DNA of 49,885 nt from Phycisphaerales bacterium (GCA_027451365.1 DAIDJN010000079.1:1-49885); one strand, 5' to 3'; counted from the stretch's first letter, positions 21,301-31,099 are shown. Notes: generated by a model from the sequence alone, not told the origin. Numbers and translations are program-made.

Positions 21301-22370
21301 TGAACCACAACCTGAACCGTCGTGCCGCGAATCGCCCGAATCGCCCCGCGCTGGCCGATTTTAACTTTGGAAGCAAGTCGGGTATAGACCGGATAGGTGT
21401 AATGAATTTCCAGGCTCTGCACCGCCGGTCGAACCAGTGCGTTTACGTGATACCAGCGGGTGACGCCGCGCGGGCAACTGATCCGATACCGAAAGCTGGA
21501 TATGACCGATGAAAAATCGTGACGGAAAGATTTTGGCCCCGAAGCGGTCATGGCAATCGTTCGGTCGCCGCCTGCCGGGTAGCGGACATCCAGATTGATG
21601 TTTCCCAGTCCTGACGCTGCGGTATCAGCGGCGGCCAGATTCCGCACGGTTACCAGAAGCCTGTCCCCGGTGGCCAGCGCGGTGTCTCCGGGCAGAACTT
21701 GAAGATTCAGATCACTTCCCGTGACCACGTTTCGCCAGGGTAGGAATGTCTGGCTTAGGCCGGAATTAATGCGCTGGGGCATGAGTGGCCAGAGAATCAT
21801 CCAGGCCAGCAAGGCCGGTGCGCAGTAAATCGCCAGCCGTTGAATCTTGGAAACCGAGAGCACCTGTCGCGGCTGCACGGCGCGGGCATCGGTTTCCGCC
21901 TGATGAATGACATGCTGAATAAGCTCTGTGGATCCCGTCTGTTCCGGATTTTCAAGTTCGGTGAATTCCACTGCACTTATAATTCTTTCATGGGAGTCGC
22001 GATGGCTGGCGTGAATGATGTTTGCGGCCTGGCGCAGCTGAATCGGCTTGAGTGCCGGCCTGAGCAGAATAAATGTGGCCGCCCCCAACGCACCCCAAGT
22101 CGCGAGTGTAAGGGCCCAGCGAATGGCGGATGGCATAGTGGGAAAGCTGCCCAACAGCAGCGCCATAGCCAGGCACAGTACCAGCGTGACCAGAACAGTC
22201 CGGAGCAGTCCGGACACAATTGCCAGTTTCTGGCTTCGCCGTACGACTGTTAGCAGAGAATCACTTATGGCTTCGGGCAATACGGCTGCGCCTTGGGTGG
22301 GCGAAGACTCAGGTAAGCCGGCCGCGCCGTTCGCCGGACGATTTGCCGAAGACGTTCCCAGAGGATCCAT
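18330..22370 (-). CDS. DUF4175-like large membrane-anchored protein (TM helices, Ig-like domains, long Gln/Ala-rich coiled coil)
   Basis: N-terminal TMs with ERIISAVEF; Ig-like P..Y motifs (YTYPVYTRL, DQPPVIHITSP, ASDDFGL); C-terminal EWRNL...IPPGYRRMVRDYYLRLA; overlaps the start of the prenyltransferase-repeat gene. Confidence 0.8.
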   Translation of the reverse strand: MDPLGTSSANRPANGAAGLPESSPTQGAAVLPEAISDSLLTVVRRSQKLAIVSGLLRTVLVTLVLCLAMALLLGSFPTMPSAIRWALTLATWGALGAATFILLRPALKPIQLRQAANIIHASHRDSHERIISAVEFTELENPEQTGSTELIQHVIHQAETDARAVQPRQVLSVSKIQRLAIYCAPALLAWMILWPLMPQRINSGLSQTFLPWRNVVTGSDLNLQVLPGDTALATGDRLLVTVRNLAAADTAASGLGNINLDVRYPAGGDRTIAMTASGPKSFRHDFSSVISSFRYRISCPRGVTRWYHVNALVRPAVQSLEIHYTYPVYTRLASKVKIGQRGAIRAIRGTTVQVVVHSSQPLKKSSNLEMGKGVDARILPLTHLAGLTYQATFHVLLSGVYRINLTNTKNIRNSDNRPWPIEAIADQPPVIHITSPAKIIRVRPDDTIPISFTASDDFGLTRLEAIVSVDKSASLRYHIPLEAKDLTHISRNWKLSVADQLLAANQPRATKIFYRLSATDNCQPAGQTTRTGLYELILDANLPLDYQSRMNEKAYHHLHKALVKAITHLGHASQQMNNLRWVAPGKKFTPAQAAHAAKLQDDLARAAANLRNESSHLKSGPYAQTAAAAQQITRHSVEPAANDVAAAMMNSPTQVKTRQANLTAAQRQIATARQKLQHLLWNLNKRATQQHLVDSVQSLAQAQQHVSQQLAMNPESASARRSQAKLQQQLKNLIKNNKVLQTPAAASVQPMLNKLKQDVGQIISGQTAMNKALAAQLAQRQVRSRLKSLAQKQKALNKRISRFETQMNDRLQKSGAASMAPPKSILNAAQNNLQQHELDTAGQNQRRIASDLNQTAAQLAKSNQPPTAAQQAQQQQAANLNQASKAAEHDAGKLQSALHGQPSPDTIKNAIASARQLHFLAQQLLNQNPTPNTAAALHKALNQADAAQSAANEHNARQTRNALSQAGALVRAAARANLAAKAVSKPSPAMTQSATKARQLADAQNKLAAETAKQLQQLQRAANQNTQSIGQQGAQMASQMQKADALAKAVEHQTADGAPDLARSIAQARQQIQAARQAQTQANQAGKAGNSAMAQEHQQSALLHMQLAQGDLNGLLDSPEVRNIPQYNDAIAGQVNPNQPNQATPPKPANGSQAKPPPLPPHANSLYDRLMAAAQQMHNALASQAAAQAGNAAAAQQAAHSLSAASQNLGQPQPGQGNNSGEHQGSAQANGQGQQGQQGQQGQQGQPGQPGQPGQPGQALAGAGLQPGVPGDGFATQSGGSSGTAQENGTPPKVVTQLGVSPAEWRNLGPLRQKQLLDTARQNIPPGYRRMVRDYYLRLAKMHGTD
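18597..18680 (-). repeat. In-frame 9-bp tandem repeats encoding (GQQ)n(GQP)n
   Basis: Plus strand shows repeated TTGCCCCGG / TTGCCCTTG units; protein reads GQGQQGQQGQQGQQGQPGQPGQPGQPGQ. Confidence 0.85.
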
Positions 22371-22578
22371 AGAATCGACTCCCAAAGTCCCGCAATGCGA
22401 GCGAAGCGGAATTGGCCAATTGGCCGAGCAAAGACTCTAGTCATTATAACACCAAAATGCCTTAAATCTTGCAAAACAGCAGTCAATTGGCCCAGTTTGC
22501 CCGTTTTTGTTGCCGTCTGTGCCCTTGCGAAGCCAGCCGAGGCCAGCCGTCAGACCAGAACCGCGCGAGACCGGGTAT

Positions 22579-24126
22579 CTATTTCAGTCGCTCAATCAGG
22601 TGGTCGCCAACGCGCAAGGCATTGGCCATGGCCGTAAGCGACGGATTAACAGCGCCGATACTGGGGAAAAAGCTGGTGTCCACCACGTAAAGGTTGTCCA
22701 GTTCATGGGCTTTGCAGAATGTGTCAAGCACTGATGTTTGCGGGTCGGTGCCGAACCGGATTGTGCCGGATTGATGGCCGACACCGCCGATGGGTATGTC
22801 CTTTTTCATATAAACGTGATTCGGGATCAGATGCGGGTGCATATCGCACTCTTTGAGCAGTGTCTCGAGCTTGGCCCGCAGCCGTCGCATCGGTTCCTGA
22901 TTGTTGAATTCATAAGTCAGTTGAATCTGTCCGCTGGACTTAAGGGTGATCCGGTTCTCTGGTCTTGGCAGGTCCTCGGTGGTCAGCCAGAAATCAACGC
23001 TATGGCGGGCCATTTCATCAAGGACGAAGCCGGGGGCGAACTTCGGCGCGTCGCCGCGGAACATTGGTCCCATCGATTTTCCGATCATCTGAATATTGCC
23101 GAGCGGGAAGGGATAGTCGTCGGCTTTGAAATAAAAATCGTTCAATGAAAGCGTTTTCTGGAATCGCGTTTCATTGGGTCGCCGGGAAAGGGCAACCACC
23201 GCATCGGAATTATGAAACATGTAATTGCGGCCCACCTGGTCTGACCCATTGGCCAGGCCGCGCGGGTGCCGGTCATTTGCGGAAAGAAGCAGAATGCGAG
23301 CGCTGTTGGCGGCACCGGCGGATACCACCACGATATCCGCCGAAAATATCAGCGTTTGTCCCTGGTGCTCCACTACTACCTCACGCACGGTCCGGCCTGA
23401 CGGGTCGGTGTCAAGCTTTTTCACTTCGGCCTGTGTCAGCAGTGTGACATTGGCATATTCCAGCGCAGGGCGCACGCAAATATTTTCCGCATCACTTTTG
23501 GCCTGCACCAGGCAGGGAAAGCCGTCGCAGGTGTTGCACTTGATACAGCGGCTTTTATGGCGCGACTGCTCGTTCAGCATGACGCCGGTGGGGGCGTGAA
23601 ATGGCTTATAACCCTTGCTCGCCAGTTGGTCGGCAAGTTCCTGTATGCGCGGCTCGTGCGCAATCGGAGGAAATGGATATGGGCCGCTGGATGGCCCTTC
23701 GGTGGGGTCTTCGCCGCGCAGCCCATGCACCTGGTACAACTGTTCGGCCTGAAGATAATACGGTTCCATATCCTGATAGCTGATAGGCCAGGCCGGTGAA
23801 ATGCCGTCCGCCTGGCGCAGTTCGCGGAAGTCTTCAGGGCGCAGACGGAAAAGAGCGGCACCGAACATCTTGGTTGCGCCGCCTACAAAATAATGGGTGC
23901 CCGGCTGAAACCCTTTTTCATTCTTATCAAGCCAGATGTCTTTGGAAACGTAGCGGTTTTCCACGAATACACTGGTTGGATTCCAGTTTTCATGTTCGCG
24001 CGGCAGCCATGATCCGCGCTCCAGAATCAGAATTTTTTTACCGGATGGGGCCAGCCGGTGAGCCAGTGTCCCGCCGCCGGCACCCGATCCGATAATGATG
24101 ATGTCATATTGCTGATGCGCGGTCAT
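22579..24126 (-). CDS. GMC family oxidoreductase (FAD-dependent)
   Basis: YDIIIIGSGAGGGT Rossmann motif; CIKCNTCDGFPC; VGRNYMFH; HQSGTIRFG; DNLYVVDTSFFPSIGAVNPSLT. AAGGAG RBS before ATG 24126. Confidence 0.93.
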   Translation of the reverse strand: MTAHQQYDIIIIGSGAGGGTLAHRLAPSGKKILILERGSWLPREHENWNPTSVFVENRYVSKDIWLDKNEKGFQPGTHYFVGGATKMFGAALFRLRPEDFRELRQADGISPAWPISYQDMEPYYLQAEQLYQVHGLRGEDPTEGPSSGPYPFPPIAHEPRIQELADQLASKGYKPFHAPTGVMLNEQSRHKSRCIKCNTCDGFPCLVQAKSDAENICVRPALEYANVTLLTQAEVKKLDTDPSGRTVREVVVEHQGQTLIFSADIVVVSAGAANSARILLLSANDRHPRGLANGSDQVGRNYMFHNSDAVVALSRRPNETRFQKTLSLNDFYFKADDYPFPLGNIQMIGKSMGPMFRGDAPKFAPGFVLDEMARHSVDFWLTTEDLPRPENRITLKSSGQIQLTYEFNNQEPMRRLRAKLETLLKECDMHPHLIPNHVYMKKDIPIGGVGHQSGTIRFGTDPQTSVLDTFCKAHELDNLYVVDTSFFPSIGAVNPSLTAMANALRVGDHLIERLK

Positions 24127-24187
24127 GATCAAGTCTCCTTTTATTGTTTCAGAACAGGACGCCCATGTTCTGCGGTGCAGGCCCGAG

Positions 24188-25090
24188 TCAGCCGTTGTTC
24201 AGATTGTCGTCCGGCACGGCATTGTTAGCAAGACAGCCGCATGGATGCAGCGAATGATGATGCCGCGAATGGTTGAGTTTTGGGCAAAGCACAACGAATT
24301 CGCCTGCAAAGATTCGATGGATTTCAATGCCGGCAAGCATCCCAAGTACCGGTGCGGTGAAATAAATCCACCAGGCTGTCCAGACATGGGCTAGAACCGC
24401 CGAACCAAAGGTGCGCGCCGGGTTCATGCTGAATCCGGAAAGGGGGGCTTCAAACATGACAAACAGCGTAATCAACATGCCGGCGAAACAGCCGGTCAGC
24501 GGAGCCAGGCGGGCAGACTGGTTGACCGCCAGCACCATGGCCATAAGCAGGAATGATATGGTGAATTCTCCCAGCCAGGCTATCCCGGTTCCCCAAACGC
24601 CGGGGATCGTGACAATAAAATTTACTTCGCTACTGGCTATGACATGGTGGCCAAGGATCAGTTGGGATATCAGAACGCCGATCCCGCCGCCCACAAACTG
24701 GCCGATCATATAGCCTAAAGCGTCCAGCCGTTGGATTTTGGCCAGCCGCAAAAAGCCCAGAGTGAACGCCGGATTCATATGCGCGCCGGAGCGTTTGCCC
24801 AGAGGGGAATATATTAAAATGACCGCGGTAAGTCCCATGGCCAGACCTATGACAGCTCGCCGCAGAAACGGCGATGTCACTAATTTAGCGGCGGGCGAAG
24901 TTGGGTATTCCAGGAGTGCCGTAAAAACACACGCCGATATCATAAAACAGGCCAGCAGAATGCCTTCATATATGTAAAGCCGCCAGTTTTTTTGGAAAGT
25001 TGCCCATTTGCCCGCAGCAGGAGTCGTGCCGGGTGCTGCTGCGTAAGTGGCTGATTGGATGGCAACCGAACTGTTCTGTGTGAAGAGCAT
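24188..25090 (-). CDS. MIP/aquaporin family channel with a Cys/His-rich C-terminal tail
   Basis: Two NPA boxes (SGAHMNPAFT, FSMNPARTFG); six TM segments; WIYFTAPVLG; tail CPKLNHSRHHHSLHPCGC. Confidence 0.92.
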   Translation of the reverse strand: MLFTQNSSVAIQSATYAAAPGTTPAAGKWATFQKNWRLYIYEGILLACFMISACVFTALLEYPTSPAAKLVTSPFLRRAVIGLAMGLTAVILIYSPLGKRSGAHMNPAFTLGFLRLAKIQRLDALGYMIGQFVGGGIGVLISQLILGHHVIASSEVNFIVTIPGVWGTGIAWLGEFTISFLLMAMVLAVNQSARLAPLTGCFAGMLITLFVMFEAPLSGFSMNPARTFGSAVLAHVWTAWWIYFTAPVLGMLAGIEIHRIFAGEFVVLCPKLNHSRHHHSLHPCGCLANNAVPDDNLNNG

Positions 25091-25367
25091 GGATTCTCTT
25101 GTCCCTTCAGTGTTATTTTAAGTAACGACCATACAGGAAACAGGACTATAGCATCGACGCTGCGCCGATTCAAAGGTCCGGTGTACCGGTACCGACAGTG
25201 GGGACGAATGGGTGGGTGTCAGGTTTAATTACGAAACAGCCTGTTCATAAGACAGAAACACCGGCGTGTGACGGCTGCCGCACCAAAGTGAATGCCGACC
25301 GGAGCCGAAATGGTTCTCTGGTCGATCCGGATGAAACTGAGTTTTGCCCGGTCAGCGGTGTCGCAGA

Positions 25368-27077
25368 TCAGCCCGCCAGTTTGGTTACGGTAACTTTTTT
25401 GATGAAATACGGCCCGGACGTAATATTAAAATTATAAGCCCAGCAGCTTACAAATTGGTCGTCCGTCATTTTCCATTTGACTGTATGCCAACCTCCACCC
25501 GCCGGAATATTGCAGGCACCGGCGTTCTTGTCTGCCCAGCCCCAGCTTGCGGGCGATTCATAATGAAGGACAATCGCAGCCGGTTGACTGGGGGCGGCGC
25601 GGCGTACGAGAGCCGTTATTTCAATTGGCTCGCGGGTATAAGACAAAAAATTAGGATCCACTTCGAAGGTAATTCCACCGGGAACATTCCCGGAGCGGGC
25701 GGAACCGCCGTATGCCGCCGTTTGTTTTATCAGGGCACGGGCGGCCACCAAATGAAGGCCCTTCTGGATAATGGCTTTACCCAGTGAGACTGAAACCGTT
25801 CTGGCATGGGTGAAATTGCCGTTCCATGGGAACTGTTTGAATTTATCAGCAATCGCCAGTTTTACCAGTCCGCCCGGAACGCCGATAATTAAAATCGGGG
25901 ATTGTGTAAGCCGGCAGCTTGTGGCCCGCGTGACATGGCCTGTTAACGGGTGCACTATTTCTACAGTTGAATCAAACGAAAGGCGGCTCGCGGCGCGATT
26001 TTGTGCCCAGGCGGACAGGACCGTGTAGCGGGCACCCTGAAATACGAATCCGTTATTATGTGCAGAAAGGGGAACCCACCCAAGATAAACAGGATGCTGC
26101 CCCAGGTACCTGATCAGTTGGGCCATAGCCGTATAGGCGGGACGCCGGTTGCCCTTTCGGGTCAGGAGTCCCATCGGGCCGCTATCGCCATCCATGCCTT
26201 CGAACCAATTGATGCATGTGGCTCCTTCGGCGATGCCCATGGTGTAAGCTTGCACCAGAGCGCGGGCCTGGATGGCTGGGTCCGGATGGGCATTGTAGCC
26301 CACTTCTGTAAACCAGATGGGCACCCCTGCTCTTGAAGGGTCTACCGCCCTTAGCATTTTCCGAACCGTTGGGATAATGTGCATATAAACAGAGTCTTCA
26401 TTATTGGTGATGGCGTTTGCCAGAACTTCGTAAGGGTGAAGAGTGATGTAATCAAAATGATTTTTGCCACCCGCGGCGATGACCTGCTGCAGATAATTTA
26501 TATCAACAGATTTTGCCGCCATTCCAATTTTGCAATTTGGATACACCTTTTTTGCCGCGCGATATGCGCTAATCAGAATTCGCGCGTAGTCGGCTGCAGT
26601 CTGATGTCTGCCGGTGCCGTTGGGCGGTTCGTTCCAAACCTCCCAGTACTTTATCCGCCCATGCATTTGCGTGACGGTTCGCGTCACATAATTGGACCAG
26701 GCTCGCAAATTATGGACGGGCAGCGTACCAGGGGCATCTTGGGTATCACCGGGAGGAATGCCGTACAGCAGGCCGCCAGGCACGATCTGGTGGCCGGCCA
26801 GATAGGAAAACTCCTTGGGATTGCAATAGCGGAGTTGGTGAATGCCGATTGCCTCCATTTGGGGGATCCACTTTGAAAGCGCGCGAATCGACACCCCGTT
26901 TTCGTGATCACTTCCGATTCCGAACGGACTGATTCCGGGAAACGTGGTGGCCGTTAAACCCGGTGGTCCGGCGGTGGCGTTTGCAGGTAAATGGCCAAAA
27001 ATCGCTGCCAGTGTCGCGCAGGCGGTCGCTATTCTTTTGGCCCGTTTAAGGAATTGCAACATCCGGTATTTTATCAT
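25368..27077 (-). CDS. Secreted clan GH-A glycoside hydrolase (GH39/GH5-like) with C-terminal beta-domains
   Basis: Signal peptide; acid/base motif YWEVWNEP, FDYITLHPY and nucleophile motif IWFTEVGY. Confidence 0.8.
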   Translation of the reverse strand: MIKYRMLQFLKRAKRIATACATLAAIFGHLPANATAGPPGLTATTFPGISPFGIGSDHENGVSIRALSKWIPQMEAIGIHQLRYCNPKEFSYLAGHQIVPGGLLYGIPPGDTQDAPGTLPVHNLRAWSNYVTRTVTQMHGRIKYWEVWNEPPNGTGRHQTAADYARILISAYRAAKKVYPNCKIGMAAKSVDINYLQQVIAAGGKNHFDYITLHPYEVLANAITNNEDSVYMHIIPTVRKMLRAVDPSRAGVPIWFTEVGYNAHPDPAIQARALVQAYTMGIAEGATCINWFEGMDGDSGPMGLLTRKGNRRPAYTAMAQLIRYLGQHPVYLGWVPLSAHNNGFVFQGARYTVLSAWAQNRAASRLSFDSTVEIVHPLTGHVTRATSCRLTQSPILIIGVPGGLVKLAIADKFKQFPWNGNFTHARTVSVSLGKAIIQKGLHLVAARALIKQTAAYGGSARSGNVPGGITFEVDPNFLSYTREPIEITALVRRAAPSQPAAIVLHYESPASWGWADKNAGACNIPAGGGWHTVKWKMTDDQFVSCWAYNFNITSGPYFIKKVTVTKLAG

Positions 27078-27159
27078 CGCTTTTCCTTTACCATTCTTTG
27101 CAACCAGCGGGCGGGTAATGATGGGGCACGATTAGAGAACGATCCGTTACCGCAGATAT

Positions 27160-27195
27160 TTCAGCATTATACATTATCCGTACATTATATTTTTG
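27160..27195 (-). promoter_or_regulatory. AT-rich divergent promoter region with tandem TATAAT boxes on the minus strand
   Basis: Minus strand reads AAAATATAATGTACGGATAATGTATAATGCTG; TACATTAT is directly repeated on the plus strand at 27170 and 27181; lies between the divergent GH and PEP-CTERM genes. Confidence 0.4.
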
Positions 27196-27289
27196 CTCAA
27201 ACGGTCTGAATATAAATCCGCGATGCTTTGCTTCCAGAGCGGTTTATGTTGAATCGCTTAAAGACGAAAAGCATTTTCAGGAGACGGGT

Positions 27290-28486
27290 ATGCGTCCACA
27301 TTCTTTCATCGCGTTGTGTGCCCTGGCTGCGGTTTCCGCCGTCGGGCTGGTTTCACCGGTAAAGGCCAATCCGACCGTGGCAGCGGGTTATAGTCTGACT
27401 GCTTTTGCATCGCCATTTGCCGATGCCGGACTTAATCAGACCAATGTAGCCGGCACCGCGCCCGTGACACCAATGGTTTCATCGCCGGATGATATTGCTA
27501 TCAGCGGCGGTAACGTATTTATTGGCTGGGGCAACAATGTTCCAGGAGATGGCGGCAATGGCGGTTTGAGCACACTTGCGGAATACAATTTGAACGGCAC
27601 GCTGGAAAAGTCGTTCAATATTCAGGGGCATCTGGAGGGCATTGCGGTGGATCCGGCAACCGGATTGGTCTACACAGATCAAAACGAAGATGGCAACTCT
27701 TCCATGACGATTGTGAACACTGTCACCGGTAGTCAGGCTCGATTTGGCTATCCGAATCCATCCGCACATGGCGGCGGCTTTGACGGTCTGCAATTGCTGA
27801 ATGGAAATCTGTATGCCAGTGCCTCAAGTCCGAATACTGTGAACGTAAGTCCAAGCAACCCCAATGGCACAAATGTCAGCCCGCTCATTTATCAGGTCAC
27901 GGCCAATACGGCCAACTACCCATATAACGCGATTCCGACGGGAATTGTAAATGGCAATGCCCAGGCCACGAATCTGAATAATGGCCAAACGGTGACCATG
28001 AACAATTTTGATCCGGATTCCCTGAACGTCACACCATCGGGCAGTCTGATTGTAACCAATGAAAGCGGTGCCCAGCTTACCATTGTGAGCAATCCGGGTG
28101 CGACCAGCCAGAGCGTGGGCGTGCTGAATCTGACCAATACCGTCACCGGTGCCGCCGCCAGTGTGGATGACACTGGTTTTGCCACCAGCGCCAACGGCTC
28201 CCTGCTTTTTGCCGATGGCAAGACGAATGTCGTTTATGCCCTGACGGCCATTGGCGGTTTTTCCGCTGATCAGGCCTTTTCATCAGACAAAACCAATCAC
28301 ACGCTGGATGCCCTTAACTTTTCCACCGGCGCGTTGACACCCATTGTGACCGGGTTGGGCAGTCCGGCGGGTATTGCGTTCAGCAATACGCCGGTCGGAA
28401 CGCCGGAACCCGCTTCGCTGCTGACATTTGCCGCGGGTGGCGCAATTCTGCTGCTGGCGCGGCGGCGAATGAACGCGGCACGATAA
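27290..28486 (+). CDS. PEP-CTERM sorting-domain surface protein (beta-propeller-like, Asn/Thr/Gly-rich)
   Basis: Signal peptide (…SPVKA); C-terminus TPEPASLLTFAAGGAILLLARRR = PEP motif, TM helix, basic cluster; AGGAG RBS. Confidence 0.92.
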   Translation: MRPHSFIALCALAAVSAVGLVSPVKANPTVAAGYSLTAFASPFADAGLNQTNVAGTAPVTPMVSSPDDIAISGGNVFIGWGNNVPGDGGNGGLSTLAEYNLNGTLEKSFNIQGHLEGIAVDPATGLVYTDQNEDGNSSMTIVNTVTGSQARFGYPNPSAHGGGFDGLQLLNGNLYASASSPNTVNVSPSNPNGTNVSPLIYQVTANTANYPYNAIPTGIVNGNAQATNLNNGQTVTMNNFDPDSLNVTPSGSLIVTNESGAQLTIVSNPGATSQSVGVLNLTNTVTGAAASVDDTGFATSANGSLLFADGKTNVVYALTAIGGFSADQAFSSDKTNHTLDALNFSTGALTPIVTGLGSPAGIAFSNTPVGTPEPASLLTFAAGGAILLLARRRMNAAR

Positions 28487-28610
28487 TCGTGCGACGATTT
28501 GATGTGTGCATCGGTATCCAGTTCCACCATTGAAATGTGGATTCTGATTGATGCACACTTTTGCGGCTATGCGGCCGCGAGATCAAGCCCGACAAGTCCA
28601 TTCAAAAACG

Positions 28611-28650
28611 AAAGGCCCCACCAATGCATTGCGCTGGTGGGGCCTTTTTC
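28611..28650. terminator. Bidirectional intrinsic terminator
   Basis: AAAGGCCCCACCA (28611-28623) / TGGTGGGGCCTTT (28635-28647), a 13-bp inverted repeat followed by Ts and preceded by As, between convergent genes. Confidence 0.85.
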
Positions 28651-28708
28651 GATTGATGTGGTCGCAAGAACGCCATCCATACATGGCAATGAACGCGGAA
28701 GAGTTCGG

Positions 28709-29725
28709 TCAGGCCGGTTTGGCCGTGTCGGCGGCTATGTTGTCAAACGCCTGACGAATGGCCGCACGTTCCGCTGGCGATAGCGTGATGGCCATGGCAC
28801 CGGCGTTGTGTTTGGCCTGTTCCGGATTGCGCGCTCCGACGATGGCGGCTGTTACGCCTGGTTCCATAAATGTCCAATTGATGACCAGTTGAGCAAAGCT
28901 TGCTTTATGCTGGTCCGCGATCGGTCGGATCGTTTCCAATGCGGCCAGAACGCGCTGCCGATTTTCCCGGGAAAAAAGTTTATGCCGCGACCGATGGTCG
29001 CCAGCCGGAAATTGCCGATCCGGTCCCACGTTACCCGTTAAAAGTCCGCGTTCCATTGGGGAATAGACAATGACGCCGATATTTTCCTTGCGACAGAAAG
29101 GCAGAATTTCAGTTTCTATGCCGCGTTGGAGAAGACTGTACGGGGGTTGCAGGCTGGCAAGCTGGCCCACCGCCTTGGCTTTGTGCATCCAAGCGACATC
29201 GTAATTGCTGACGCCAATAGCGCGGGCTTTTCCCTGTTTTCTAAGTGATTCCATGGCGCCAAAAGATTCCTCTACCGGCGTCGATACGTCCGGCCAGTGA
29301 ATCTGATAAAGGTCAATGTAGTCGGTCTTCAGTCGCTTTAAACTGTTTTCGCATTCGTAGACAATGCTGTGGGCGCGAGCGTTTTTACGGATGATCAAAT
29401 CCCGGCCATTGGTATCTTTCTGCGGCCAAGGATCGGAACCTTCCCCCTTCGGGTCATCCCAGCGCATGCCGCACTTGGTGGCAATGACTACCTTATCGCG
29501 TGATATTCCTGTCAGAGCCTTGCCCACAAGTTCCTCGCTGTAACCCATGCCATAAATCGCGGCGGTGTCCAGCGTGTTAGCGCCGGCATCGATGGATGCA
29601 CGAATTGCTGCGATTGATTCCGATTCTTCATTGCCACCCCACATCCATCCGCCAATTGCCCAAGCACCAAAAATAACAGGGGATACGGAAACCGATGAGG
29701 AACCCAGCTGACGGGATTTTATCAT
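28709..29725 (-). CDS. Aldo/keto reductase
   Basis: FGAWAIGG, LDTAAIYGMGYSEELVG, VVIATKCG, SLKRLKTDYIDLYQIHWPD, IGVSN, LQPPYSLL, YSPMERGLLTG. Confidence 0.95.
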   Translation of the reverse strand: MIKSRQLGSSSVSVSPVIFGAWAIGGWMWGGNEESESIAAIRASIDAGANTLDTAAIYGMGYSEELVGKALTGISRDKVVIATKCGMRWDDPKGEGSDPWPQKDTNGRDLIIRKNARAHSIVYECENSLKRLKTDYIDLYQIHWPDVSTPVEESFGAMESLRKQGKARAIGVSNYDVAWMHKAKAVGQLASLQPPYSLLQRGIETEILPFCRKENIGVIVYSPMERGLLTGNVGPDRQFPAGDHRSRHKLFSRENRQRVLAALETIRPIADQHKASFAQLVINWTFMEPGVTAAIVGARNPEQAKHNAGAMAITLSPAERAAIRQAFDNIAADTAKPA

Positions 29726-30013
29726 TCGTTCAACTCCTGCGTAGAAAATCTTTCAACATCGCTTAAATGGTAGGGCTGTTCTAACGGAATTTCCAAGCGG
29801 CCGCAATTATGAGTCGTATCGTATCCGCTGGTAACCACTGACCCGTGTAAAAAAGGACACCAGTAAGCCAGGCAACATCTTTGTGCGCACAATGGATGAA
29901 ACATGCGTATTGTACGCTTCACAATTTTCGGCTAATCTTTTTCAACTGCGGGCGAATGCATGGAAGTCGCCTTTGGAATAATAACGCGTATTGCATTGCG
30001 AGGAACCCAACTG

Positions 30014-31099
30014 ATGAATCCGCTGAATCTTAAACCCGCTTCCGAAAATGCGCTGGACCTTTTGAGTCTCGGCGAATGTATGATCCGCCTGTCGCCGCCG
30101 GGGCACGGTCGAATTGAGTTTTCCAATCTTTTGGAGGTCTGGGTTGGCGGTGGCGAATACAACGTCGCCTACGCGCTGTCGCGTCTGGGATTAAAAACCG
30201 GCTTTTCATCCCGCCTGGTGGATAACCCCGTTGGGCGTATTATTCTAAACCACGCGCGCAGCGCGGGAATGGATATTTCCGGAGTTGCTGTGGCGGAATA
30301 TGACGGTGTGGGCAAGCGCGACCGGATCGGCTTGAATTTTACCGAGGTCGGAACCGGGGTTCGTGCCTCGGTCACCATGTATGACCGTGGCCACTCTGCG
30401 GCCATGAATATGGCTCCCGGCATGGTGGATTTTAAGAAACTCCTGGCGCGGTCGGTGCGTTGGCTGCATACCGGCGGCATATTCACCTCTCTGTCCGACG
30501 GTACGGCCGGCGTGGTGGCCGATGCGTTAAAGGCAGCCAAAGAAGCCGGAACCTGCGTTTCCTACGACTTGAATTTTCGGGCAAAACTCTGGTCCAGCAA
30601 GCAGGCGCAGGCGGTCACAAAAAATCTGGTGCCGCATGTTGATGTGCTGATCGGCAATGAAGAGGATTTTCAAAAGGTTCTGGGATTTGAAATTCCCGGT
30701 ATAAATGAAAACCTTTCCGAACTGGATACCAGTCTGTATGAAAAAATGGTCCAGCAGGTGGTGGCCAAATTTCCGAATATAAAGGCGGTCGGTACCACCC
30801 TGCGCGAAGTGAAATCGGGCCTGATCAACAATTGGTCGGCAATTTTGTGGGTGGATGGGAAGTTTTATCACAGCCGCCGGTATGACGGCCTGGAAATTGA
30901 GGACCGCGTGGGCGGCGGTGACGGCTTCTGTTCCGGCCTCGCCTACGGCTTTTTAACCGGAATGCCGCCGCAGGATTGTGTGGACCTTGGAGCCGCACAC
31001 GGCGCACTGCTGCAAACCACCCGCGGCGATACCAGTCAGATTACCCGCGGCGAACTGATGCACGTGTTTGGCGGCGGCAGCGCCCGCATTGTGCGGTAA
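30014..31099 (+). CDS. kdgK: 2-dehydro-3-deoxygluconokinase (PfkB family sugar kinase)
   Basis: LGECMIRLSP, GGGEYNVAYALSRLG, SYDLNFRAKLW, IGNEEDFQ, DRVGGGDGF (PfkB signature 2). Confidence 0.8.
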   Translation: MNPLNLKPASENALDLLSLGECMIRLSPPGHGRIEFSNLLEVWVGGGEYNVAYALSRLGLKTGFSSRLVDNPVGRIILNHARSAGMDISGVAVAEYDGVGKRDRIGLNFTEVGTGVRASVTMYDRGHSAAMNMAPGMVDFKKLLARSVRWLHTGGIFTSLSDGTAGVVADALKAAKEAGTCVSYDLNFRAKLWSSKQAQAVTKNLVPHVDVLIGNEEDFQKVLGFEIPGINENLSELDTSLYEKMVQQVVAKFPNIKAVGTTLREVKSGLINNWSAILWVDGKFYHSRRYDGLEIEDRVGGGDGFCSGLAYGFLTGMPPQDCVDLGAAHGALLQTTRGDTSQITRGELMHVFGGGSARIVR

